A stretch of DNA of 64,000 nt, from the NCBI GenBank assembly GCA_965223415.1, contig OZ245002.1:5024001-5088000 (forward strand). The letters are read 5' to 3'. Below the pieces are notes generated by a model that was not told the DNA's origin, did not search any database, and saw only the letters and a list, made by a program, of their open reading frames with translations. Made by a program: the position numbers and the translations under genes. Positions 20,901 to 33,847 of the stretch are shown here, piece by piece. The first letter of the stretch is position 1. Every line of letters begins with the position of its first letter. This DNA is from Myxococcota bacterium. GTDB lineage: Bacteria > Myxococcota_A > UBA9160 > UBA6930.

Positions 20901-22256
20901 TCACGCCTCGGAAGCTAGCTGAGTGGGCTCTCCGGGGGCCGCGGGGCCGCGCAGCTCGAGCACCAGGTCGCGCAGGGTGCGGCGCTCGGCGGCGGGCGCG
21001 GCGGCGCTGTCGACCTCGTCCAGCACCTCGTTCACCTCGCGGGCCACGTCGGGATCGCCGAGGGTCGCGTGCCGCGCGCCCTGCAGGGCCGACAGTACGT
21101 CGGCCACCCGCACCAGCTCGGCGGGACGGCCCAGCTGGTGCGCGCCCTGGTGCTCGCCGCCGCAGGGGGTCACGATACCCGCGGCCTCGAGCTCCCCGAG
21201 GAGCTCCCGCACCGTGCGCAAGGGCACGTCGAGGGCGTCGGAGAGCCTGTCCGCCGTCCACGGCTCGCTGCCGTCTTCGAAGGCCCGGGCGCACTGCACG
21301 GCGATGGCCAGGCCGATGGTCTCGCGCGCGGCGGGACGCGGCGCTTCGCCGCGCACCTCGCGCCGGTAGAGGTTCAAGGTCTGGTGGGCGTAGGCCACCT
21401 CGGCGCCGAACAGCACCACGTTCCAGGACCAGTAGACCCAGATCAGGAAGAGCGCGACGCCGGCCAGGGCGCCGAAGGCAGCGCCGTAGCGGGAGGAGCC
21501 CCGGATCGTGGCCACGAAGGCCATCTGGGCGATGCCGAACAGGAAGGCCGCCACCGTCCCGCCCAGCAGTGCCGAGCGGGGACGCACCTTGGTGTTGGGC
21601 AGGAACCAGTAGAGGAAGGCGAAGGCCATCAGCGAGAGCAGCAGCGGCGCGTACTCGATCCCCGAGGCGAGCAGCGACTCGACGCCGGGGAGCTCCCGGG
21701 CGCGCCGCACGAGCCACTGGCTCTCGATGGTGGTGCGCAGCGGGATGGCGATGCCCATCAGGAGCGGGGCCACGAAGATCACGGCCATGTAGTCCGGGAT
21801 GCGGCGCACCCAGGGCCGTTGCTCCTGCACCCCCCAGATCGCGTTGAGGCCCTTCTCGACGCCGCCGATCTGCAGGATGGTCGTGAAGATCACGACCCCG
21901 CCGGACAGCCCGCCGAGGGCGCCGAAGTTGAACTTGCCCACCTGGTCGAGCAGGAACTCCTGGGCCTCCGGCGTCACCGCCGCGAACTGGCCCAGGAGCT
22001 GCTTCACCACGTCCTCGCCGCCCCCGATCAGGTCGACGAGGGCCACGGCGATGGCGAGCAGCGGAATGATCGAGATCACCGTGAGGAAGGTGAGGTGATA
22101 GGCGCGCAGGGTGAGCTGGTCCTTGGCGAAGCCCTCGGCGATCAGGAAGCCCAGCTGGACGGCGGAGCGCAGCCATTCGAGGGGCGCCGGCAGGGGCTCG
22201 CGGCTCCACAGGTCGTCGCGGAGGAAGGTGCGCGCGCGTTCGAGCAGGTTGGCCAC
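20901..22256 (-). CDS. YihY/BrkB-family membrane protein with C-terminal Rrf2-like wHTH
   Basis: SIIPLLA, NAIWGV, YWFLPNTKV, YGAAFG, FGAE; C-terminal helix-turn-helix-like segment. Confidence 0.85.
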   Translation of the reverse strand: MANLLERARTFLRDDLWSREPLPAPLEWLRSAVQLGFLIAEGFAKDQLTLRAYHLTFLTVISIIPLLAIAVALVDLIGGGEDVVKQLLGQFAAVTPEAQEFLLDQVGKFNFGALGGLSGGVVIFTTILQIGGVEKGLNAIWGVQEQRPWVRRIPDYMAVIFVAPLLMGIAIPLRTTIESQWLVRRARELPGVESLLASGIEYAPLLLSLMAFAFLYWFLPNTKVRPRSALLGGTVAAFLFGIAQMAFVATIRGSSRYGAAFGALAGVALFLIWVYWSWNVVLFGAEVAYAHQTLNLYRREVRGEAPRPAARETIGLAIAVQCARAFEDGSEPWTADRLSDALDVPLRTVRELLGELEAAGIVTPCGGEHQGAHQLGRPAELVRVADVLSALQGARHATLGDPDVAREVNEVLDEVDSAAAPAAERRTLRDLVLELRGPAAPGEPTQLASEA

Positions 22257-22267
22257 CGCGGGGAAAG

Positions 22268-22658
22268 CTAGCCCCTGGCCTCGCTAGGGCACGCGACGGG
22301 CGGGGGATCGAAGGAGAGCCAGCTTCGCAGCCGGGCGACCGTCTTGGGACCGAGGCCGTGGGCCCGCATCAGGTCCGCGGCTTCGCAGAAGGGGCGCGCC
22401 TCGCGCGCCGCTACGATCGCCGCCGCGCGCGCCGGTCCGATACCCGGCAGAACGGTCAGGTCTTCGGCGGAGGCGCGATTCGGATCGAGCGCTTCGCCGA
22501 AGAGGAGCCGCCCGACCGTCGCGGGAGGGCCCTGGGGCCCCTCCGCCCAGGCCGGCGCCCCGGAGCGGGAGGCCGCCCGGGCGAGGGGCACGACCACGAG
22601 CCCCAGCGCGATCGCCAGGGCCGCGATGTCACGCCTCGGCCGCAGCGAAGGCCCTACC

Positions 22659-22672
<14 letters not shown>
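22268..22672 (-). CDS. comEA: ComEA-like helix-hairpin-helix DNA-binding protein
   Basis: [26 protein letters not shown] and a second HhH GLGPK; start uncertain. Confidence 0.75.
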
Positions 22673-23890
<1,218 letters not shown>

Positions 23891-23900
<10 letters not shown>

Positions 23901-23937
23901 GCCGCACCCCCGGTTCGAACGGTCAGGGACACGCCGC
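23891..23937. repeat. Perfect 15-bp direct repeat TCAGGGACACGCCGC (23891-23905, 23923-23937), 17-bp spacer
   Basis: Read directly. One copy carries the lysC start and the other the tsaE stop. Confidence 0.85.
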
Positions 23938-24405
23938 GCTCCAGGCTTCGAGGGCCGCGGCGGCGCCGGGGCCGCCCGCCGTGGCCCAGACTTCACGCTC
24001 GTCGACGGCCGCCCCGGCGCGGAGCTCCACCTCGAGGCGATCCGCCGGCAGCGCCTCCGGAAAGCGATCCGCCCACTCCACGATCAGGCCGGTGTCCGGC
24101 GCCAGCCAGTCGCGGAGGCCGGCGCCCTCGAGCTCGGCCTCGTGCTCGACCCGGTACCAGTCGGCGTGGACGACGCGGGTGCCGGCCGCGCTCTCGTACT
24201 CGTTGGCGATCACGAAGGTCGGGCTCGAGACGCGAGACGGATCGATCCCGAGGCCTTCCGCCAGCCCCTTCGCGAAGAGCGTCTTGCCCGCGCCGAGCGG
24301 TCCGTTCAAGCTCACGACCCATCCTCCGCCGGCGTCGAGCGCGGCGGCCAGTGCGCGACCCAACGCGCGTGTCTCAGCGGGACTCCGGGAAGTCCAGCAC
24401 GTCAC
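23923..24405 (-). CDS. tsaE: tRNA t6A biosynthesis ATPase
   Basis: [26 protein letters not shown]; follows nnr. Confidence 0.92.
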   Translation of the reverse strand: MTCWTSRSPAETRALGRALAAALDAGGGWVVSLNGPLGAGKTLFAKGLAEGLGIDPSRVSSPTFVIANEYESAAGTRVVHADWYRVEHEAELEGAGLRDWLAPDTGLIVEWADRFPEALPADRLEVELRAGAAVDEREVWATAGGPGAAAALEAWSAACP

Positions 24406-25960
24406 CCGCCGGCTCCCCGTGCGATGCCGCTTCGCGGTAGGTGGCGAGGACGCCGGGCAGGAGCTCCGGAAGGTCCGCCGCCAGCAGGCCCGCCTCTCCG
24501 CGCTGGGCGGCGAACCGGTCGCCGGCCGCCCCGTGGAGCGCGGCCCCGGCGTGGGCGGCCTCGAAGGGCGGCACACCCTGAACGAGGAGCCCACCGATCA
24601 CGCCGGCCAGCACGTCACCGGTGCCGCCGCTGCCGAGCACCGGACCTCCCGTGGGATTCACCGCCAAGCGTCCCGTCGCCTCCGCCGTCACCGTCCCCGC
24701 TCCCTTCAGCACCACCACGGCGCCGCTCTCCCGGGCCAACGCACGGGCCGCTGCGGGCCGGTCGGCTGTGATCTCGGCGGTCGTCTGGGCCAGGAGCGTC
24801 GCCGCCTCTCCTGGGTGGGGCGTCACGATAGTGGGCGCCCGGCGCGCCTTCAACACACCGAGGGCCTCGCGGAAGGCGAGCAGACCATCCGCGTCGAGAA
24901 CGAGGGGCACGCTCAGGCGCTCGGCCAGCCGGCGCACGAGGGCCAGGGTCTCGCCGGCGCGCCCGATGCCCGGGCCGAGCACGACCGCGTCCCGGCCGGC
25001 GGCCAGCTCGAGGATGGCCTTCTCGGCCTCGAGGGCGAAGGCGTGCTCGGAGGTCTCGGCGACGGGCGCCGTCATCGCCTCGGTGCACTTCACCTCGAGC
25101 ACCGGGTTGGTGCCGGCGGGGCAGGCGACGGTCACAAGGCCGGCGCCCACCCGTCCGGCGCCGTGGGCGGCCAGGGCGGCGGCGCCGGTCATCCCTTCGG
25201 AGCCGGCGGCGACCAGCAGGTGGCCGAAGGTGCCCTTGTGCCCGTGACGCGGACGCGCGGGCAGGAGGGCGCCGACGGCGCGTCGGGTCCACGTCTCGGC
25301 CTGGGGCGCCAGGCCGGGCGCCTCGTCGAGGATGCCGATGCGCCCCACGCGGATCCGGCCAGCGTGCTGGCGCCCGGGCTCGAGGGCGAGGCCGAGCTTC
25401 GGCAGCCCGAGGGTGAGCGTGACGTCGGCCTGCACGGCGACGCCCAGCACCTGGCCGGTGTCGGCGTCGAGGCCCGAAGGCAGGTCGACGGCCAGCACCG
25501 GGACGCCGGCGGGCCGCTGCCCGAGCTTCCGGATCCAGCGGGCCGGCTCGCCCTCGACCGGCCGGCCGAGGCCGGTCCCGAACAGCGCGTCCACGACAAC
25601 GTCGCCTGGCTGCGGGCGCAGGCGGGCGTTCACCGGCACGCCGATGCGCTCGGCACGGGACGCGTTGGCCGCGGCGTCGCCGCGCAGCCGCTCCGCCGGC
25701 ACGGCGGAGACGACCTGCACCGCCACCCCGCGCGCATGGAGATGGCGTCCCGCCACCCAGCCGTCGCCGCCGTTGTTCCCCGCACCACACAGGATCCACA
25801 CCTGCCCGCCGGCCGCGAGCAGCGCCTCGGCCTCCCGCGCCACCAGCTGCCCCGCGCACTCCATCAACAGCTCGCCAGGCACGCCGCGCTCCTCGATCGT
25901 GTGCCGATCGAGCCCCCGCATCTCCTCCGCCGTGACCAGCGGCCAGCGCTCGAACCCCAT
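24374..25960 (-). CDS. nnr: Bifunctional NAD(P)H-hydrate epimerase/dehydratase (YjeF)
   Basis: CGAGNNGGDG, DALFGTG, DLPSG, HKGTFG, TPHPGEA, GTGDVLAG. Confidence 0.95.
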   Translation of the reverse strand: MGFERWPLVTAEEMRGLDRHTIEERGVPGELLMECAGQLVAREAEALLAAGGQVWILCGAGNNGGDGWVAGRHLHARGVAVQVVSAVPAERLRGDAAANASRAERIGVPVNARLRPQPGDVVVDALFGTGLGRPVEGEPARWIRKLGQRPAGVPVLAVDLPSGLDADTGQVLGVAVQADVTLTLGLPKLGLALEPGRQHAGRIRVGRIGILDEAPGLAPQAETWTRRAVGALLPARPRHGHKGTFGHLLVAAGSEGMTGAAALAAHGAGRVGAGLVTVACPAGTNPVLEVKCTEAMTAPVAETSEHAFALEAEKAILELAAGRDAVVLGPGIGRAGETLALVRRLAERLSVPLVLDADGLLAFREALGVLKARRAPTIVTPHPGEAATLLAQTTAEITADRPAAARALARESGAVVVLKGAGTVTAEATGRLAVNPTGGPVLGSGGTGDVLAGVIGGLLVQGVPPFEAAHAGAALHGAAGDRFAAQRGEAGLLAADLPELLPGVLATYREAASHGEPAGDVLDFPESR

Positions 25961-26050
25961 CCCCGAAGCCTAGCGAGATCCCGACGCAACACCGGGGACG
26001 CTGCTCGGCGCATCACCCGTTTGCGTCGAGGGGCGTTCTCGCCGTCGCGT

Positions 26051-26761
26051 TCAGCGGAGGCGGTCGGTGAGGTCGCGGGTGGCGGTGGGGATGCCGGTGA
26101 GGAGGCTGCGGCCGACCCATTCGCGGCCGACGGCGATCCACTCGCAGACGGGCGCGGCTTCGAGCATGCGGGGGGCGGAGCGGTCGTCGAGGCGGCCGCC
26201 GAGGCCGAGGCGGAGGCCGAGCTTCGCGGCCAGGCGCGCGGCGTCCGAGAGGGCCTGCAGCGAGGGGCCGAGCTCGGATTCGGGCAGGTCGACGAGGGGG
26301 CTCGTGTCGAGCTCCGCGGCCGGAATGTCGGCCTGGCGCGCCGCCTTCACCGCATCCGGGTGCGGCGCGATGCGGGCCATCACGCCGATGCCCGCCTCGC
26401 GGAGTGTGCGCACCACCGGCGACAGCGCGCTGCCCCAGGCCTGGAAGTCGAGGGGACCGGCGGCCCGGCCCGCGGCGCGGGTCTCGGCGGCCAGCAGCAC
26501 ACGCTCCGGCCGCGCCTCGAGGGCGGTCTTCACCAGGGTCGGCATCGGCGCCATCCGCAGCTCGAGCTCCCGACAGGCGCGCCGCACGTCGAGCACGTCG
26601 CTCTCGGTTACCGGACGGAGCTCCTCGAGCAGCCCGACCCGCACCGCGTCGGCGCCACCGAGCTCGGCGAGGGTGGCCGCCGCGCCGAGGGTGGCGGTTC
26701 GCTGCAGCACCTGATCGCGCAGTACGGCGATCGCATCGAGACCCGTCACCAGCTTCCGCAT
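26051..26761 (-). CDS. pdxJ: PdxJ-fold protein with degenerate active site (probable pseudoenzyme)
   Basis: 236 aa, co-linear with PdxJ by eye and in the usual position after glmM (TGATG overlap); catalytic motifs altered. Confidence 0.75.
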   Translation of the reverse strand: MRKLVTGLDAIAVLRDQVLQRTATLGAAATLAELGGADAVRVGLLEELRPVTESDVLDVRRACRELELRMAPMPTLVKTALEARPERVLLAAETRAAGRAAGPLDFQAWGSALSPVVRTLREAGIGVMARIAPHPDAVKAARQADIPAAELDTSPLVDLPESELGPSLQALSDAARLAAKLGLRLGLGGRLDDRSAPRMLEAAPVCEWIAVGREWVGRSLLTGIPTATRDLTDRLR

Positions 26762-28140
26762 CAAGCGCTCCCTCCGCCGACGGCCCGTTGCAGGGCCTCG
26801 GCTAGATCCTGGGCGTACTCCTCCACCCGGGCTTCGTCCTCGCCCTCGACCATCACCCGGGCCTTCGGCTCGGTGCCGGAGTAGCGGATGAGCACTCGGC
26901 CCGACCCGCCCAGCTCGCCCTCCACCCGGGCCAGCCGCTCGCGAACCGCGGGCAGCTCGTCGATCGGGATCTTCTCGCTCACCTTCACGTTCACCAGCAC
27001 CTGGGGGAAGCGCTCGAAATCGGCCACCAGCTCCGACAGGCGCTTCTGCTGCTTGCACATCACCGCCAGGGCCTGGAGGCCGGTCAGCAGGCCGTCGCCG
27101 GTGGTGTTGTGGTCGAGGAAGACGATGTGGCCGCTCTGCTCGCCGCCGACGTTGTAGCCCCCGTCCCGCATCGCCTCGACGACGTAGCGGTCGCCGACCT
27201 TGGTGCGGACGAGGCCCAGCCCGAGCTTCTCCACCGCCTTCTCGAGGCCGAGGTTGCTCATCACCGTCGCCACCACCGCATCGCCGCGCAGCTTCTCGCG
27301 CTCGAAGAAGTCCTTGGCGAAGAGCGCCAGCAGCGCGTCGCCATCGACCACCTCGCCGCGCTCGTCCACCAGCATCACCCGGTCGGCGTCGCCGTCCACG
27401 GCGATGCCAATGTCCGCCCGCAGCTCCTTCACCCGGGCGGACAGCCGCTCGGGATGCAGCGATCCGGCCTTGTCGTTGATGTTGGTCCCGTTCGGCTCCA
27501 CGCCCAAGGTGAAGAGCTCGGCCCCGAGCTCCTGGAGCATCGTCGGGCCGACCTTGTAGGCGGCGCCGTTGGCGCAATCGAGCACGACCCGCAGCCCTTC
27601 GAGATCCCGGTCGAAGGGAAAGCACTTCTTGAGGAAGACGACGTAACGCCCCTCCGCATCGTCGATTCGCTTGGCCCGACCGATCGAATCCGGCCCCGCC
27701 CGATGGTCCTGGAGCTCGTCGGAGGCGACGAGCTCCTCGATCCGCTTCTCGACCGCGTCCGGCAGCTTGAAGCCGTCATGGGCGAAGAACTTGATGCCGT
27801 TGTCCTGGTAGGGGTTGTGGCTCGCCGAGATCATGGCGCCGGCGTCGCAGCGCATGTCCCGGGTGAGGAAGGCCATCGCCGGCGTGGGCATGGGGCCCAC
27901 CTGGATCACGTGGCCGCCCATCGAGCAGATGCCCGCGGCCAGCGCGTCCTCGAACATGTAGCCGGACAGCCGCGTGTCCTTGCCGATCAGGAAGCGGTGG
28001 AGGCCGTCCCCCTCGCGCCGGAAGACATGGGCGATCGCCTGCCCGAGCTTCAGCGCCACCTCCACGGTCATGGGGAAGACGTTGGCCCGCCCCCGTACTC
28101 CGTCCGTGCCGAACAGCGCTCCGGGCCGCTCGTCGCTCAT
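26761..28140 (-). CDS. glmM: Phosphoglucosamine mutase
   Basis: LFGTDGVRG, ISASHNP, DGDADR, GGEQSGH, RYSGTE. Confidence 0.97.
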   Translation of the reverse strand: MSDERPGALFGTDGVRGRANVFPMTVEVALKLGQAIAHVFRREGDGLHRFLIGKDTRLSGYMFEDALAAGICSMGGHVIQVGPMPTPAMAFLTRDMRCDAGAMISASHNPYQDNGIKFFAHDGFKLPDAVEKRIEELVASDELQDHRAGPDSIGRAKRIDDAEGRYVVFLKKCFPFDRDLEGLRVVLDCANGAAYKVGPTMLQELGAELFTLGVEPNGTNINDKAGSLHPERLSARVKELRADIGIAVDGDADRVMLVDERGEVVDGDALLALFAKDFFEREKLRGDAVVATVMSNLGLEKAVEKLGLGLVRTKVGDRYVVEAMRDGGYNVGGEQSGHIVFLDHNTTGDGLLTGLQALAVMCKQQKRLSELVADFERFPQVLVNVKVSEKIPIDELPAVRERLARVEGELGGSGRVLIRYSGTEPKARVMVEGEDEARVEEYAQDLAEALQRAVGGGSA

Positions 28141-28808
28141 CCCGTCTCCTCCGCTGCCTCGGGTGCGGCGGCCTCGGGCATCACCTGGACGCGCACCGTG
28201 ATGGGCTCGTCGCTCTCGAGCCAGATGTGCCGACCCACCAGGGCGGGCTTCACGCTGCGTTCGACCGGGGCGTCCGCGCCGCTCACGTCGATCGTTTCGG
28301 TCATCACCTCGCCCAACCGAAGGACTTCGCTGCGGGCGCCTGTGATCCAGATCCGGGCCGGCTCCAGCTCGACCCCCTCGATCACGAAGCCCGGGGCCGG
28401 GTCGCCGGCCAGGTCCGGCCGCAGGAGGACCGCTTTCCGGCCGCGCTGGGTGAGAGTGAACTCGATGCCCGCGGGCGACCGGCTCACCACCTGGAGGCCC
28501 CGGGGCAGCTCCAGCTCCTGGGTCTCCACCGCGTGGGCGGTCACCCCCTTCTGCGCGCCGGAGAGGTCCACGCCGTACTCGAGGTCGCCCACCGAGAGCC
28601 TGCGCAGCGCCGCCCGGCTCCCCCGAACCCGCACGTTCACCGTGTCCGTGGTCTGCTGGGTCACGACCAGGTCGTCGGGAACGCCCTCCAGCGCCACCGG
28701 AAGGTCGAATCCCCGCTCGATCGACGAGGTACTGTGGGAGACGCCCCAGAGCAGGAAGGCCGCGATCAGGGCGAGGAGCTTGAAGCCCAGGTTCTTGAAG
28801 GGCCTCAT
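28137..28808 (-). CDS. cdaR: CdaR/YbbR-like diadenylate cyclase regulator
   Basis: N-terminal TM (KLLALIAAFLLW), YbbR-like beta repeats, lies between cdaA and glmM. Confidence 0.82.
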   Translation of the reverse strand: MRPFKNLGFKLLALIAAFLLWGVSHSTSSIERGFDLPVALEGVPDDLVVTQQTTDTVNVRVRGSRAALRRLSVGDLEYGVDLSGAQKGVTAHAVETQELELPRGLQVVSRSPAGIEFTLTQRGRKAVLLRPDLAGDPAPGFVIEGVELEPARIWITGARSEVLRLGEVMTETIDVSGADAPVERSVKPALVGRHIWLESDEPITVRVQVMPEAAAPEAAEETG

Positions 28809-28839
28809 CGGGTCCGCTCGGCGTCGGGATTCAGCGCGT

Positions 28840-29745
28840 TCATCGGGTCTGCACCGCGTCGGGCGAGCTGGGGGGGCCGCCCTCGCCGCCCGTCTCTTCC
28901 ACCGCCTCGGCGGCGATCTCGTCCACGGGCGTCCCGAGGATCGAATCCCGGGAGAAGAGGTCCCGCAGCACGACCCGGAGCTGGGGCGCATCCAGGTTGC
29001 GGGTGATGTTGCCGCCGACCACCACCGAGATCCCGCCGGTCTCCTCGGACACCACGATCACCACCGCATCGGTCTCCTCGGTGATGCCGACGGCCGCCCG
29101 GTGGCGCGTGCCCATACCCTCGGGCAGGTCCCCGCTCAGCGTGAGCGGCAGGATGCACCCGGCGTGGGTGACGCGCCCTTCGGTGACGAGCACGGCGCCG
29201 TCGTGGATCGGCGAGTAGGGCAGGAAGATCGAGGTGAGCAGCTCCTTCGTCACCACACCGTCGATGGCGGTGCCCGCCTCCACCAGGTCGTCGAGGCCGG
29301 TATCGCGCTCGAGCACGATGAGCGCGCCGACCCGCTTCTCGGCCAGGCTCTGGCCCGCCCGCACCACCTCCTCGAGGATCTGCGACTCCTGGCGCTCGCT
29401 GATGCGCGGGAACACACCCCGGCCCATCCGCGCCAACACCCGCCGGATGTCGGCCTGGAACAGCACGATGATGATCAGCACCGCCGAGGCCAGGAAGTTC
29501 TCCAGGATCCAGGACAGGGTGACCAGGTCGAACAGGTCCGAGACCAGCCGCAGCGCGAGCAACGCCAGCAGGCCCAGCAGGATCTGGATGGCCCGGGTGC
29601 CCTTCAAGAGCAGCAGCAGCCAGTAGATTCCGAAGCTCACGACCAGGATGTCGAGGGTGTCGCGCACCGGGTCGTAGGTGGTCGTGAGGAACGACCACAG
29701 CTCGCCCGCCTGGGCCCGGAGCCACTCGAGGAGGAACTCGATCAC
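28840..29745 (-). CDS. cdaA: Diadenylate cyclase CdaA/DacA
   Basis: 3 TM helices, GALIVLER, HDGA, GTRHRAA, VSEETG. Confidence 0.95.
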   Translation of the reverse strand: MIEFLLEWLRAQAGELWSFLTTTYDPVRDTLDILVVSFGIYWLLLLLKGTRAIQILLGLLALLALRLVSDLFDLVTLSWILENFLASAVLIIIVLFQADIRRVLARMGRGVFPRISERQESQILEEVVRAGQSLAEKRVGALIVLERDTGLDDLVEAGTAIDGVVTKELLTSIFLPYSPIHDGAVLVTEGRVTHAGCILPLTLSGDLPEGMGTRHRAAVGITEETDAVVIVVSEETGGISVVVGGNITRNLDAPQLRVVLRDLFSRDSILGTPVDEIAAEAVEETGGEGGPPSSPDAVQTR

Positions 29746-30590
29746 GGGCGGGCTCCGCGGAGGGCGTGGGCCACCTTCACGGCCCGGGCGGTGCCCGCGA
29801 TCTCGTGCACGCGCACGGCGTCGGCGCCGGCGAACACCGCCACGGCACAGGCGGCCTGGGTGGCCGTGTCCCGCTCCGCGGCCGGATCCCCGGTGAGCTG
29901 CCCGAGGAAAGCCTTGCGGGACGGTCCGACCAGGACCGGCCGCCCCACCCGCTTGCGCAGCTCCCCGGTCTGGGCCAGGAGCGCGAGGTTGTGCGGGAGC
30001 TCCTTGCCGAAGCCGATGCCCGGATCCACCGCGATGCGCTCCGGCGCGACGCCCGCCGCTTCGGCCCGCGCGACGGCGGCCCGGAGCTCTTCCGCCACCT
30101 CGGTGAGCACGTCGTCGAAGGCGATCTCCTGCTGCATGGTGGCGGGCTCGCCGCGCAGGTGGCCGAGCACGAGACCGGCGCCCCGGCGCGCGGCCTCCAC
30201 CGCGAGCTCCGGGTCGAAGGCGCCCCCGGACACGTCGTTCACGACCCGGGCTCCGGCCTCGAGGGCCGCGGCTGCCACCTCTGCCTTGCGGGTGTCGATC
30301 GACAGCGGCACGTCCAGGTGCTTGGCGAGGGCCTCGATCAGCGGGCGGGTGCGACGGATCTCTTCGTCGGCGGGAACCGTGCCCGCCCCGGGCCGGGTGG
30401 ACTCGCCGCCCACGTCGATCCAGTGGGCACCGTCGCGCACCATGGCGCGCGCAGCCTCGACGGCCCGGCCCACGTCCGGAGCGCCGCTGCCGCGGACGAA
30501 GCGACCTCCATCCGAGAAGGAATCGGGCGTCGCGTTCAGCACCCCGACGATCGTCACCCGGTCGGGCGGGAAGATCGTCGTCCAGCTCAT
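29742..30590 (-). CDS. folP: Dihydropteroate synthase
   Basis: NATPDSFSDGG, DVGGESTRPG, DPGIGFGK, SRK, VRVH. Confidence 0.96.
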   Translation of the reverse strand: MSWTTIFPPDRVTIVGVLNATPDSFSDGGRFVRGSGAPDVGRAVEAARAMVRDGAHWIDVGGESTRPGAGTVPADEEIRRTRPLIEALAKHLDVPLSIDTRKAEVAAAALEAGARVVNDVSGGAFDPELAVEAARRGAGLVLGHLRGEPATMQQEIAFDDVLTEVAEELRAAVARAEAAGVAPERIAVDPGIGFGKELPHNLALLAQTGELRKRVGRPVLVGPSRKAFLGQLTGDPAAERDTATQAACAVAVFAGADAVRVHEIAGTARAVKVAHALRGARP

Positions 30591-30648
30591 CCGCCAACCT
30601 CTCTGGGGGGAGATTCTCGCTCTGGCACCTCGGACGCCCCGGCTCGCG

Positions 30649-32574
<1,926 letters not shown>

Positions 32575-32793
32575 GTTCGCTCCCGGCGACTCGGATGCCG
32601 TTGATTCAGATGCCGTAGGTGGTGCCGTTGGGTCGGACGCGCAAGACCGATCTGAGCTGTGTGGAAGAAGCCCCAAACGCAAGATCGATAGTGGTTCCCG
32701 CAGCTTAGCATCCGCCCCCTGCCGTGCCCGATCGCTCCCCACGTCGTTTCGGCAGGAGTCTCGTCCCGCCTGAGGGCGCGCGGCCTCGCTTGG

Positions 32794-33843
32794 TCACGAA
32801 GGGCTAGGACGCTCGTCGGGGTCGCTTCGTTCTGCGGATGTCGCGCAAGCGAGCCGGAAGCCCTGGGCGTCCCGTTGCAGGCGGAGGCCGCCGGGAAGCT
32901 CCAGCACCGCACCGGGTGCCGCGGCGACCACGAACTCCAGCGCGCGGTCGAGGTGACGACGGCTCACATCGCGGCCGCCGCCGAGCCCGTGCCACGCACG
33001 GCGCAGCAGACGACGGGCCAGGGCCGGCGGCAGCGTCTCCCAGCCGTCGCCGGCGAGGCGAACGACCTCTTCGTTGCCTCCGAGCCAGCGCGGCGCGGCT
33101 TCGTCGACCAGGGTCTCCATCCAGGCGTTCTCGTCCCGCTGGGCCGCGGCGAGATCCGCCAGGGCCCGCCGCCAGCCCGGGTTGAGGGCGACTGCCAGCT
33201 CCTGGAGCCCCAGGCGCAGGCGCGCCCGGGCGAAGCGCGGCTCGCGGTTCGACGGGTCCTCGCGCCAGCGAAGCCCGCGCTCGGCGGCCCAGGCCTCGAT
33301 CTCGTCGCGTCCCAGGCCGAGCAGCGGCCGCACGACCCGCCCGTCCGGAGACACGGGAGGAATTCCGGCGAGCCCGTCCGGGCCCGTGCCCCGGAACAGC
33401 CGGAGCAGGATCGTCTCCGCCTGGTCATCGCGCTGGTGGGCCGTGGCGAGGTGGGAGGCGCCGAGCTCCGCGGCCATGGCGTGCAGGGCGTCGTAGCGCA
33501 GTCGGCGGGCCGCCTCCTGGAGGCTCGGCCGGGCCCGACTCGGCCCCTCGTCCCGCAGGCGCTCCGGATCCACCTTCGCCAGGCGAAACGGGAGCCCCAG
33601 CCGCGCTGCCGCCCCCTCCACCAGGGCCACGTCCGCGTCGGCGTCAGCGCCGCGCAGGCCGTGATGGACGTGTCCCACCGAGAGCCCCAGCCCGAGCTCC
33701 TCGCGGAGCTCGGCCAGCGCGTGCAGCAAGACGATCGAGTCGACCCCGCCCGAAACGGCGACGAGCAGATGCCGTCCGCCGAGCCCGAGCGCCTGGACCG
33801 CCCGCGCCACCTCCGCGGACGCCTGGGCGAGGGGTCGGCCCAC
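32794..33843 (-). CDS. tilS: tRNA(Ile)-lysidine synthase
   Basis: AVSGGVDS, HHGLR, AHQRDDQAET, RPLL, EDPSN. Confidence 0.93.
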   Translation of the reverse strand: MGRPLAQASAEVARAVQALGLGGRHLLVAVSGGVDSIVLLHALAELREELGLGLSVGHVHHGLRGADADADVALVEGAAARLGLPFRLAKVDPERLRDEGPSRARPSLQEAARRLRYDALHAMAAELGASHLATAHQRDDQAETILLRLFRGTGPDGLAGIPPVSPDGRVVRPLLGLGRDEIEAWAAERGLRWREDPSNREPRFARARLRLGLQELAVALNPGWRRALADLAAAQRDENAWMETLVDEAAPRWLGGNEEVVRLAGDGWETLPPALARRLLRRAWHGLGGGRDVSRRHLDRALEFVVAAAPGAVLELPGGLRLQRDAQGFRLACATSAERSDPDERPSPS

Positions 33844-33847
33844 GGGT

